This document shows, piece by piece, positions 1 to 11,709 of a DNA stretch of 64,000 bases. The position numbers were made by a program, and so were the translations under genes. This DNA comes from Eledone cirrhosa (Eukaryota), in assembly GCA_964016885.1 (NCBI GenBank), contig OZ024740.1:244342001-244406000 (forward strand). The letters run 5' to 3'. Below the pieces are notes generated by a model that was given only the letters and a program-made list of their open reading frames with translations, did not search any database and was not told the DNA's origin. The stretch's first letter is position 1. Each line of letters begins with the position of its first letter.

Positions 1-54
1 TCATATATATATATATCCAAATATATATATATAGTCCAAATAAATGAAATAATG

Positions 55-302
55 AGATCGAGATCGTGTAGGTGTCACGAGAAAAAACACATACAGTCCA
101 CGCTGTAATGTGGCCGTGTAGGCAACACGGTAAAAAGTTCCCAGTTCCACACTGTAAATGTGGTTGGTGTTAGGAAGGGCATCCAGCCGTAGAAAACCTG
201 CCAGAGCGAGACACGGTCACCCGACCTACCTTGCCTCAAGTGGGACAACTCCCGTCTAACCCATGCTAGCGTGGAAGATGGATATTAAACGATGATGATG
301 AT
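55..302 (+). mobile_element. RTE-LINE 3'UTR-derived repeat ending in (GAT)n tail
   Basis: Reverse-complement match to the 3'UTR of the RTE copy at 11845-12220; ends ...ccatgctagcgtggaag...gatgatgatg. Confidence 0.7.
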
Positions 303-311
303 GTGTGTGTC

Positions 312-342
<31 letters not shown>

Positions 343-559
343 CGTGTGCCACAGTTTTTAAGTTAGAGACATATATCTCTGTGTGTCACTTTTCTTCCTA
401 CACACACACACATTCACACAAAAACACACACACACATTGTGTGACAGACGGATGGACAGAAGTTGCTAAAATTTATATACATGAGTTCCACAGAAGTAGG
501 TAGAGAAGTTCTTGGGGCCGTATTCATGATTGATGGAATGCAGGAGACTGAATTAAGTG

Positions 560-1113
560 CAAGAATTGCACTTAATTTGATGCAGTAATGCACCAGCTTC
601 AGCATTCAGTAATCAGAAGGGGGGTAGGTGTAAAAGCCAAACTTGCTGTCTTCCTGGTATTCCTGGTAACCCTGACCTAGGGTCATGAATCTTGGGTAAT
701 GACCAAAACAATACGATTGCAAATACAAGCGACCGAAATGAGGTTCCTCCGAAGGGTCTTTGGAGTAACTTTAGTCAATAAAGTGCATAGCTCAGAGATC
801 AGAGGGTCACTCCAGGCAGAACCACTACTTCTCTGGACTGAGCGATCACAGCTCCGATACTATGGACATGTGGATAGAGTGTCTCAGTAAAGAATTGCTG
901 GACAGATTTTACAGGCAAAACCAGCCAGCAGGAGACCCAGAGGTAGACTCTGAGCAAAATAGTTGGGTAAAATCCATGAGCTTGGCTGGTCACACTTTGG
1001 GATCTAGCTGGATCAGTTAGAGATGTTTGCTTCTGACAGACTTACTGGAAGGAGTGTTTGAGAAGGACTCTGCCCCCCATGACCCTCTCAGAAATAAATG
1101 GGTGAAGAAGAAG
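560..1113 (+). mobile_element. RTE-clade LINE 3' fragment (family B, GAA tail)
   Basis: ORF 699-890 'QATEMRFLRRVFGVT...SQLRYYGHV', followed by a decayed GRRPRGRP motif and a gaagaagaag tail. Confidence 0.8.
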
Positions 1114-1571
1114 ATATTGTCCATTTACTTTTCAATTTACATATAATATCTATATGCATATATATTTGCGTATAATACCAATACACACACTACATACGCT
1201 AGAAAAAACTGCCCGAAGGGTAGTTCTTCTGTTAGTATATCATAATAAATATACAGCCTTTTTTCCATCTCTCAAAAACATTCTAATTTGAATTCATGGA
1301 ACATAAATGTAAGAGAAAAAAAACTGATGCATAGAAATGTTCTAATTGTTCTGAAATGCTTTCATTCATACAAGAAATACATCATGTTCTGCGAACAGTA
1401 TTCTTTCTTTCCCTCTCAACATCTGTTTATATATATTGTGTATACAAAGCTGATGTCTCCAACTCTTTCTTACAAAGCGCCAAGAAGGTAAAGTTAATAT
1501 AAGGAATGATGTGCTCATGCACCCTATTTTATAAGCTATTCTATAGCATCTCCATGCATGAACATATCATT

Positions 1572-1623
<52 letters not shown>

Positions 1624-1625
1624 GG

Positions 1626-1670
1626 CTTCTACAGGTCTAGAACTGTTTCATTCAAAGGAAATCATCAGGG
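1626..1670 (-). ncRNA. Decayed type I hammerhead ribozyme motif
   Basis: Minus strand CTGATGA-tttcctttgaat-GAAA-cag(ttctagac)ctg-TA; stem I poorly paired. Confidence 0.5.
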
Positions 1671-1689
1671 ATTTCCTGATATATATATA

Positions 1690-2350
1690 TCCATGTATTA
1701 TTGACGAACATGAGTATGAGTTTAGGTGTTCATTTATCATGGTGTGCACTCACAAGATCATTAGACAAGACTAAATTTTTAATGGGAAAATATGTGTTTC
1801 TGAATGTATAGGGAGGGGGAAAAAGGTTATGAAAAAAGAAAGGCAAAGAAAATGGAAGTAAAGAAAGAACTAAGAGAAACAAGGAAGGTATGGACAGAAT
1901 CAAGAAAAATATAAGAATATATAACACAAAATATATTGTATTTTAGTACTACTACTTTTGCTTAGAGAGGGGAGTAATAAGCACAACGTACAAAGCTGAA
2001 GAGATTTACCAAAGATGAGAAAATAGGAAATTAAAGAATTAGGGATTGAGGGAATGAGGAAATAATGAAAATAAGAAAATGATGAAAATAAGAGAATAAT
2101 GATGGAAATGAGAAAATAATGAAAATGAAAATTGGGAAATACAAATGATAAAATGAGAAAGTTATGTCGAGTTACTTAAAGTCAACAAAGCTCAGGAGGT
2201 GGTAGCTGTTGAGAGAAACATTCCTCTATATAGATTTTCCCTGTACTTCAGCTTTGTATACAAGCTCACTGGACAAACTGTTGTTTAGTGGGCATCAAGT
2301 TTGATCTCAATAGTTACAATTACAAGGTTTGTGAGGTGTGCTGTCAATAT
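1690..2350 (-). mobile_element. Penelope-like element 3' remnant (GIY-YIG endonuclease fragment plus AT-rich tail)
   Basis: Manual translation of minus strand 2330-2225 gives KPCNCNY*DQT*CPLNNSLSSELVYKAEVQGK, then a frameshifted IYIE; resembles the CxC...CPL...VYKA...YIG signature of PLE endonucleases. Confidence 0.6.
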
Positions 2351-2354
2351 TTAG

Positions 2355-2662
2355 TTAACCCTTTGTTTCTACTTTTGGCACAAGGCCAGTAATTACCCAA
2401 TGCATTACTGGTACTTTATTCTATCGACCCCGGAAGGATGAAAGGCATTCAAACCGTCCATATCCAGCCAGAATTCTCTTACCTCTTTCTGTTCAAACCA
2501 GCTATAACCAGCTTCTCACACTGATGTTAAGATATTGTTCTCAAAATAAATAATATCAAAATCTCATAGATTCAATATTATATGAGATAATTATGTGAGA
2601 TAAAGTGTTTACCATGAACCTACAATAGTATATACAGAGTAATGTAAGTGCTAAAGGGTTAA
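2355..2662. mobile_element. piggyBac-type (TTAA) MITE interrupted by a SINE fragment
   Basis: ttaacccttt...aaagggttaa ends; 2447-2662 is the reverse complement of the 40923-41149 element; ~2365-2446 matches the SINE piece at ~11500-11600. Confidence 0.6.
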
Positions 2663-3044
2663 GGTAAGCTACAACTGTCTTAACAAAATAGGGTCACAAA
2701 TCCTGAATCCCAACAAATAAACTATATATTTTGAATTACAGGTACAGTCCATCCAGTGGATTTCCAAATAGTTTCCATTTACTCAATTTCACTAACTTGC
2801 CTTGGGTTGACCAGGGGTTATGGTAAAGATGTGTTCAGGTTGCTATCTCGTGGAACAAAACCTTAAGCCTCGTGATTATGAAGGAAACTTCTTAACCATT
2901 CAGCCTATAAATATAAATAACTTTTTTAATATATGTAAATAATCTATAATGACTTCATATGGAATAATAAATATTAGTGCCTAGAAGGCTTGTATTTTAT
3001 TAACTGTTTACAGAACAAGTAATAAAGCCCATTATATATTTATA

Positions 3045-3270
3045 GTTTCTAAAGTCTGTCTTAAGCCAGAAGGCTCATTTGGCCAGTGCTTATCCCAGTT
3101 TCAGGGTTAAACCTCCAGCTATTGCTGGTACTCATTTTCAGTTGAGTATACTGGAGCAACGTGAAATGAAGTGTTTTGCTCAAGAACACAACATGCAGCC
3201 CAGGAATCGAACCCACGACATTATGATCGTAAGTCCAACACTCTTACCACTAGGCCATGTGCCTCCACAT
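3045..3270 (-). mobile_element. tRNA-derived SINE
   Basis: Minus-strand head ggaggcacatggcctagtggt (A box) and ggttcgattcc (B box); shared core ttgctccagt.actca.ctg. Confidence 0.75.
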
Positions 3271-4559
3271 TTGTAGTTTAGTGTGAGGCTTCTTCCTGGG
3301 AGGGATATTATTTTGGTGTTAGAAATAACTATAATCTCTTGTCTTTTGTGAAGTATTAAATACATTTTTAATAAAAGAAAATATAAATGGATATTTATTT
3401 CTCACATATTGATTTTTGTAATGATAGATAGAGAAAGAGGTAGGTTTTTGTGAGGTATTTATTTGAGGTAGAAAATAAAATTATGGCTTTTCTTAGATAA
3501 TGTTAGTATTTAGCTAAGAACAAACAGCTAGGGTTGATATATTTTCCAGATGCAAACATCTAATTTAGTAAAATAGAACACCTTGAAGTTCAAATGTCTA
3601 TTTACTGTGTACTTTAATTAAAGGTTATACACAATAGAATGAGCCAATGAAAGAGCCTCTATGTAATTCCTTTAAATGTTAAAAACAGCAACCAAAGACC
3701 CCTCAAATCACACTCTATTATCTTAAAAAAGAAAAGACAAAAGGATGTAGTATTGTAGAACAAAATACCCCTAAAAAGATAATATGGTTAGCTAGGGTTG
3801 ACTTTAACAACAACAAAAGTCTTTTCCGTTGTGTTGGTCATAAAATTATGCTTACCTCAGTTTGCTTGACTAGCAAGTGGTTCCACTATTATTGTATAAT
3901 TTAGTCATTAGTAGCGTGGAAGGACACCCAGCTGTTATAACAATAGCCCCAGTAAAATAGCATCTTGTTCATGCTAACATAGAAACAAGAAATATATGAT
4001 AAAATTACAGAGATTATAAACACATTAATGGTAGTTATTTTTCTGCTTTATTTTCTTAGTTAAAACAATTTTATTTTACAGAGAATAACTACATTGTTGT
4101 GACATTTTTTGGCTCCTCAGTCAGTCACCATGCCACAGAAATTGTAGAAGTTTTCCCTCAATTTTGAAAGGTAAACAGTTTTCTTATTATTTGGTTCTTC
4201 GCAGAAGTTTTCTTTTTATGAGTCACAAGTTAGAAATATCATTCTACATACACATTCAATTATCTAGAAGAAAAAAACTTCTTTCAAGGCTATTTTATTT
4301 TGTATTATTTACCTCAAAGTCTATTTAATTTTATTGTATTATTACCTTCAAGTCTATATCCTATCTCTAATTTATTCCACAACAGACATACTTTGCGTTT
4401 TAAATCTCTTAAACATTTTTCCCAGCCTCCCACCCACTCACCACCTTAGCATAATCCAATAGAAAAGGAGAGCATCATCTTGTCAATCTAACTACATCAC
4501 CTACACACCTCTACACCCCTATGTGTCATACCACTCTATAACATACATACCTGTCCACT

Positions 4560-5285
4560 GCTATGGGTAATTTTGTACCACCAACACATGCATTACTAAC
4601 TCTTTAATACTGATACCTGCATTACAAATACCCAATTCCCTCAGTAGCACCAAATATCACTGACTGGTCAGTAATATTTATAATAAACAAGGTCATGCAA
4701 ACGTCCAGTTATGGGGGACCACACCTGCCCTCTCTTTCTTCCCAGACACAAACAGCCAACACCAAGACATCATCTACCACCAGGAAGGCAGTACCCCCTC
4801 CCCAAGACTTCAGATCCGCAACCACCAACATAGGGCTACTGAAAGGAAGGTCAGGTGAGATTGTGGAGATGCTCGTGCATAAGAAAATTGATGTATGTTG
4901 TATACAAGAGACCAGGCAGGGAGGAGAATCCTCCAGACTCCTAGTAGGCAGAAAGCAACATTTTAAATTCTTCTGGAAAGGTAATGGCAGTGGGATTGGA
5001 GGTGTAGGTATTATGCTAGCTGGAATATGGTTGGACAAGGTAATCACAGTAAATAGAATAAATGACAGGTTCATCTCATTTAGCTCATCCTAAATAGAAC
5101 AATGGTATCAATCATGTCTGTCTATGCACCCCAATCAAGTCTGCTAGATGAACAAAAGGACCTGTCCTATGAGTCCCTAATAAGTGTAACTTCCCAAACC
5201 AGTAACACCAACTTTACCATTATTGCAGGCGATTTTAATGGTCATGTGTGGAGACTAATTGATGAATTTCATTCCATGGCACATT
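4560..5285 (+). mobile_element. RTE LINE apurinic-endonuclease fragment (family A)
   Basis: ORFs 4695-5093 and 5102-5287: TNIG..LKGR, IDVCCIQET, GVGI, SVYAPQ, AGDFNGHV. Confidence 0.85.
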
Positions 5286-8200
5286 AGGCAACTGTTTCTA
5301 TCATAACCTCAGGTTGACTAAAAAAGCCTTCCAAGTAAAATTTGGAAGACTGAAACTGTGACGGTTGGCATCAAGAAGGACATCCTGCCACAGAATACTG
5401 CTTGAAAAACATATAGTCTAACCCATGCCAGCATGGATAGATGGACATAAAAACAATGATGATGAATACAATTTTAGTGTCCAGGTTTTTATTTTATTTT
5501 GACAACACAACATGTAATGAAAAATTAAATTTTGGAGTTTTAATATTTCTTTTTGTTTGTTTCATAGTCTGAGACAAAAATTTAGAACTTATATATGATT
5601 ATTGCTTAGTTAGAATTGTTGTTCAATAACAAGGTGGCTGACAGTTGTGGGTATTGTTAGTATGTTAATAAAGGATTCTGTTTATGTATGAATATTGTTG
5701 ATACTGTGTAATTATTATTAACTGAATATCAAGATAATAAAGGATTAAGATCCCATAACTCCTTGTGTCTAGGGCACATTTAAATCTAGCAGAGCCCAAC
5801 ACTCTCCAGGTCTGAACAAAGTCGATATTTTTCTATAGAGGAATAATCGACATCGAAAGAATAAAAGGCAAAGTTAAGCTTGGCAGGATTTGAACTCAAA
5901 GTACACAATGAGGTGGGACGAATACTGTAAAGCATTCTATCCGACGTCTTAACGAATTTGCCAATTTGCCGCTCAACTGAATATTACTGCCGCAAAAATA
6001 TAGCTTCTTCTTTTTTTTATCACATAGTCAGGAGAAAGGCCAGTGCCTAGGATCCTTTCAGGACCTCCAAGATTGATGGGAGGGAGAGAAGGAAGTTATC
6101 CTAAAGCCCAAAACTTGGCAAGAATGTTTGCAGCAGAGTGAACTTTGCTCAAAGCATCTAAGATCCAGGTAGTGAATTTAAACAAGGCTTGTAGAATCCT
6201 GAGAGACACCAGTATCAGTTAAATAAATTGACCACAATACAGATACGTCATATCTTTTTAGCTGAACAAATTTATTAAAACAAGAATAGAGAAGATGTCT
6301 TTGCAATGAATATAACAGACAAGATTGAGAGAAAAAGTTCCTTTTTTTCATAAACAACCCACAAAGAATATTTGAAACACAGAAATTACACAAAAATTAT
6401 CCTCTAATTGTCAATAAACAGAATTGTTAAATTGATCTAAAGTCTATATGAGTAAAATAGGTGTAATGGTTTAGTGAGGAATTTTACATTGGATCATAAA
6501 TTAGACATTAGAAGATGCTAATGGATATGGTAATTAAACAGTAACAAACCTACCAATAAAAGAGTGGAAGTTCTTGGTAGAATCTATCTCTTCTTCTAAG
6601 TAAAATACATTTTTATGTATCTAAGAGAAAAAAAAACATATGATAAATTATAGTGTAACTATACAAAAGTGATAAATAACTCTTAGATCTAGGACTGTTC
6701 CCCTAAACTAGGTCTATCATTTCTACATTCTGTAAGAATAGTTCTGAATTCTAATGAATACATTCCACATAAGTGAATTTGCCAGCATCTTTTAATTATT
6801 TTCCTTCATCATACAAGTTTCTCAAGAATATTCTTGGCTAAGTTTGCTTATTATATACATGCAGCAAATTGGCAGAATTGTTAGAGTGTAGGACAAAATG
6901 TGGTATTTGTTCTGGACCTCTTCTCTAAGTTCAAATCTAGCCAAGGTCAATTTGGCTTTCCATCCTACCAGGGTTTATGAAAGAAAATACCAATCTAGGG
7001 CAGTGGACTGGTAATATGCCCAGTGACATTTATTCTGGCTTCTTATACTCTGAGTTTAAATCTTGTCATGGCCTGCATAGATGGCAAGCTTCATTCATCC
7101 ATCGCCTGGTTTAACATTATCTGATCCTTGTGTGCTTTTAGCTGTGTCCACATTGTTGTAAACATTCAAGCCTGATCTCTGGTTTGAGGATAATTTACCC
7201 CCTTTCTCTCAACCATTTCAGAGATCCTGGAAAAATAAAGAGTCATGGAGGCTACCCTTCTCCCCTGACTAAATGGGAAAGAAAGAAAAAAAAAACCTTT
7301 GCTTTTCATTATCATATTTCTATTAAAATACACTGTATATGGCTTTCAGAGATTTTTAGAAGCTATTCAAGAATTTCAGGTGACTAAGTAATATACTGTA
7401 TATACTCATATATAAGCCAAAAAATATGTGACAAAAAAAAAAAACGATGGTAAAATGGAGGCGGTCAATATTTTGTCAATTTTCACCAACTTCAAATTTT
7501 TATATAAATGAAGTGCTAAAATATTTTTGTTTTAGAGGTGAATATTATGCTGGTTTCACTTTGGGGAGGATATTACACTGGTTTCACTTCAGACGTGAAA
7601 TTTGTATTTCCTATTGTTTTTTTTTTTTTATGTTTTGAATAAATATGGCTTTCAAAATGGTTTGAAATCATTAATGGAGTTGTGAAACAAAATTTACACT
7701 CTAAATGACACTTAAACATTTTAAGTATCAAAATACTAAAACTTCTTGAGAATTTCAAAACTGTGCATATGTTAATTACCTGCCTCAGCTTATAAGCAGG
7801 GTTTGAATTTTTGCCTATATTTGGATCGGTTTATATTCAAGTATGTACGACATTTAACTTTCTTATTATCAAGTTGGTGTTTAACATATAACTTAAAGGG
7901 TCGCTTATAAAATTATGATGATTTCATTGGTGGCACATTCATAGAGTCATAAGAGCAGTGATTAAATGCCTGGTATTTGTTCAGACTCTATGTTCTGAGT
8001 TCACATCCTATCAAGGTCAACTTTGTTTTTCATCCTTCCAGTGTCTATAATATAAAGTACTAGTCCAATGGAGTAGATTAGCTGAATTGGTAGAGCATTG
8101 AACAGGGTACCTTATTCCAGGTCTGTGCATTCTAAGTTTAAATCTACTTTCTGTTACTGGAAAAATAGTGACACAATAAGACAAAAGCCACCTATCATTA

Positions 8201-8753
8201 AAAGACCCCAGAAACCTCCTATGAGATGCAACTTTATAAGCCGGCTAAACCAATTAGTCTCACAGACAACAATCTCAGACTCCAGAACCTCATTGTTTTA
8301 GATGATTTGAGAAATAATGTAAACATTTGCTGAAGACATGTAATAATAATATATCTGTAAAACTCCAGTGTTTGTAGCTAGCTAAGAAACAAAGACTACT
8401 AGTGATTGTGTAGTTTTATATAATGATATATCAGATTTTTGCCATATGTTTAAATAAAACATGTTTTTTTTCCATACAGCAAACAATGGTATGTTATAAA
8501 TGATGTTTCTTCAATTTAATTATATACAAATATATTCAAATATATATATATATATTTATATATATGTAGATAAATCTACCAAAATATACGGTAGTGTCCA
8601 ATCCGTATGAAGAACTCAATGTAATCCAAATATCATGAAAAGAGAAGATGCATTCAAAAATTTTCGATGAAAATCATAGGAAAACAGAGTCAAGATAAAT
8701 TAATAAAAACAATGAATAAAAACAAAGAACAAGTTCCTTATATTAAAAAAAAA

Positions 8754-8881
8754 TCATCATTTTACGATCGTTTCTAGGATATATATGTGTGTTGGTATGT
8801 ATATCATATGTAAAAATATTACAAACTATCAGAGGAAATATACATACCTTCACATATATATGCTGTCTTCAGAAATGATGA
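8754..8881 (-). ncRNA. Type I hammerhead ribozyme with ~90-nt extended stem II
   Basis: tcatcattt-CTGAAGA-[long hairpin]-GAAA-c(gatc)g-TA-aaatgatga; 9-bp perfect stem I; palindromic stem III acgatcgt. Confidence 0.75.
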
Positions 8882-9129
8882 GATTTGTTTATTGAAAAAA
8901 AAACAACAAAGATTTAATATAATAGATATGTTTGGGAACAGGTTTTGAATTGACCAATAGAAAAGTAGTAAGAGGTCAAGTTGATAGAATAGTAGTAGTA
9001 GAAATTTAATTTAGGAGTAGAGGAGTGCAGACTTATGTTTTGAATGGAAAGAATACTTTGAATGAAAAGAATACTTTGGGGATGAAAAGAGGTCAAGTCG
9101 GTGAAGGGTACACGAAAATTTGAGGTTAT

Positions 9130-9460
9130 TAAAGAATAATGTTAAAAACGAAGGAAAGTAAAATTTTAGGGTAAGGGTATTAGTGAGAAATACCAATCTT
9201 ATTTAAACCACAAGGAATCTAGATCTATAACAAGAAATTAAATTAATTGATAGGTATACTTATAGGGATAAATTTATATTAATTCATATGGATGTGATAA
9301 ATAAGAATTAGATGTTATTAAAGAATGTTGTTAAAAACGAAGGAAAATAGAATTTTGGGATAAGGATAGTAGTGAGAAATACCAATCTTATATAAACTAC
9401 AAGGAATCTAGATTCATAACAGGAAATTAAATTAATTTAAATGTATACTTTTAGGTATTA
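9130..9460. repeat. Diverged tandem duplication, period ~189 bp
   Basis: gttaaaaacgaaggaaa...gtgagaaataccaatctta...caaggaatctagat occurs at 9141 and 9330. Confidence 0.8.
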
Positions 9461-9976
9461 ATTTTAGGAAAAGAGAGCTGTAAGAGGGAAATACAATTAT
9501 GAAGTTATCTGTAGTAAAGTACTAATTATAGGTTAACTAAATTAAAAAAACTAATTATTATAATATGTGAAATATAAGTGTAAGGTGTATATTAATTAGG
9601 TTTATAATATTTGAAGGTTCTTCTAATTCTATAATTGTAAGATATAATTAATTCTTGTCACTTATTTAATAGGATATCCTTAGATTTCATTATTTCAAAA
9701 AGTTAATTCATATATATATATATATATATATACATATATATATTTAGAAACACACAGATACATGCGGACACACACATATATACATGAATGCATCCGCACC
9801 CAACTGTGAGTTAAGGGTGCCAACTTCACCGATGTTGCTCAATGAATGACTGGGACAGACCAATTCAGTTGAACTAGACTGAACCAGTATCAGAGTTAAA
9901 AATACATTATGAAGAGAGAAGAAACATTTAGATATAATTAGTAATAAAATGTATCATACCTAAACTGCTCCTAAAT

Positions 9977-10066
9977 TCCTCGACTACGTAGTTTCGTGGC
10001 ATAAACAAAAACAATATATCATAAAGACATAGAGTCCTTGCGAGGTCTGCCGACTTATCAAGAGGA
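9977..10066 (-). ncRNA. Type I hammerhead ribozyme, U3-A8 core variant (copy 1)
   Basis: tcctc-TTGATAA-gtcggca...tgccac-GAAA-ctacgtag-TC-gagga. Confidence 0.75.
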
Positions 10067-10571
10067 TACCTCATTTTACTAGTCTCAAGAACGCGTCTAC
10101 ACGACGTGAGAAAGAATCCCAAAAGGCGGAGGGGGAGATAGTCACGCGATATAACGGTTGAGAAACAGAGCTAAGCCTCCTATAACCTCGAAGAAAATAC
10201 CACGGAGGCGGAGGGGGTATTTATATCGAGGCCGCAGAAGAGGTGGTGAAGAAGGCGAGAAGTATGAGTAATGGAAGCTTTCCAGCTGTCCCCACACTTC
10301 AAAGATTGCTCGACCAGAGGGAGTTATTAACAATATATTTAGAAACACACAGATACATGCGGACACACACATATATACATGAATGCATCCGCACCCAACT
10401 GTGAGTTAAGGGTGCCAACTTCACCGATGTTGCTCAATGAATGACTGGGACAGACCAATTCAGTTGAACTAGACTGAACCAGTATCAGAGTTAAAAATAC
10501 ATTATGAAGAGAGAAGAAACATTTAGATATAATTAGTAATAAAATGTATCATACCTAAACTGCTCCTAAAT

Positions 10572-10661
10572 TCCTCGACTACGTAGTTTCGTGGCATAAA
10601 CAAAAACAATATATCATAAAGACATAGAGTCCTTGCGAGGTCTGCCGACTTATCAAGAGGA
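10572..10661 (-). ncRNA. Type I hammerhead ribozyme, U3-A8 core variant (copy 2)
   Basis: Identical to copy 1, offset 595 bp. Confidence 0.75.
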
Positions 10662-10892
10662 TACCTCATTTTACTAGTCTCAAGAACGCGTCTACACGAC
10701 GTGAGAAAGAATCCCAGAAGGCGGAGGGGGAGATAGTCACGCGATATAGGCAGACCTCGCAAGGACTCTATGTCTTTATGATATATTGTTTTTGTTTATG
10801 CCACGAAACTACGTAGTCGAGGAATTTAGGAGCAGTTTAGGTATGATACATTTTATTACTAATTATATCTAAATGTTTCTTCTCTCTTCATA

Positions 10893-10936
<44 letters not shown>

Positions 10937-11709
10937 TATATGTATAAGTGATATTTAATTTGTTGGAAATCCAACAAATATAGATGTTTACAACTGATTC
11001 AAAGCACTCGACAAATTTCTGGAGTAAGTATTCAATTGGTATTTTTTATTTTTATTTTTATATTTTTCGAATGACACCCTCTAAAGCTTTATTTTTCTAA
11101 TGACACCATCTAAAGCTAATTTTTAAATGTAGATTAATAGCCATTAACTGTTTTTAGTAAAATATATCCTATTCAGGGTGGTGTTTAATTATTCATATTT
11201 CTTTAGAATAAATAATTAATCCCACACTAGCGATTAATAAAAAAAATTGGAGTTATCTTTCCTTCTTTTAATCATAAAAACTTTTTATACATAACTCCGT
11301 TAATTTAACATTTTAAATTGTAACTACCTATTTATTTACATAAAATCAACATCCCTAGTAACCTATATTAGGAACAAACATCTATTTATTTTACTTATTT
11401 ATAAATCAACATCCCTGGTAATCCTTAAAAAAAAACACATATGCTATTATTAAAATACATATGTAGATATTTATATATTATTATAATAAGATAAATAATT
11501 GTTTCTACTTTAGGCACTAGGCCAGCAATTACCCAGTGCATTACTGGTACTTTATTTTATCGACCCCGTAAGGATGAAAGGCAAAGTCAACCTCGGCGGG
11601 ATTTGAACTCAGAAGATAAATAATTCTCCATATAAATGTCTGAATAAAGTACCAGTAATGTACTGGTATTTGCTGGCCTTGTGCCTAAAATAGAAACAAT
11701 TATATTATA

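Larger units (their letters stand above)
9741..10898 (-). mobile_element. Non-coding HHR-bearing tandem element (595-bp unit x1.7 plus 150-bp inverted terminal copy); Penelope pLTR/retrozyme-like
   Basis: 9741-10153 repeats at 10336-10748; 10749-10898 is the reverse complement of 10497-10646; flanked by (TA)n on both sides. Confidence 0.8.

Noticed and set aside
9928-10762. Duplicated small ORFs (64 and 79 aa) in the 595-bp unit
   Set aside because: No recognisable domain, non-ATG starts; duplication explained by the repeat
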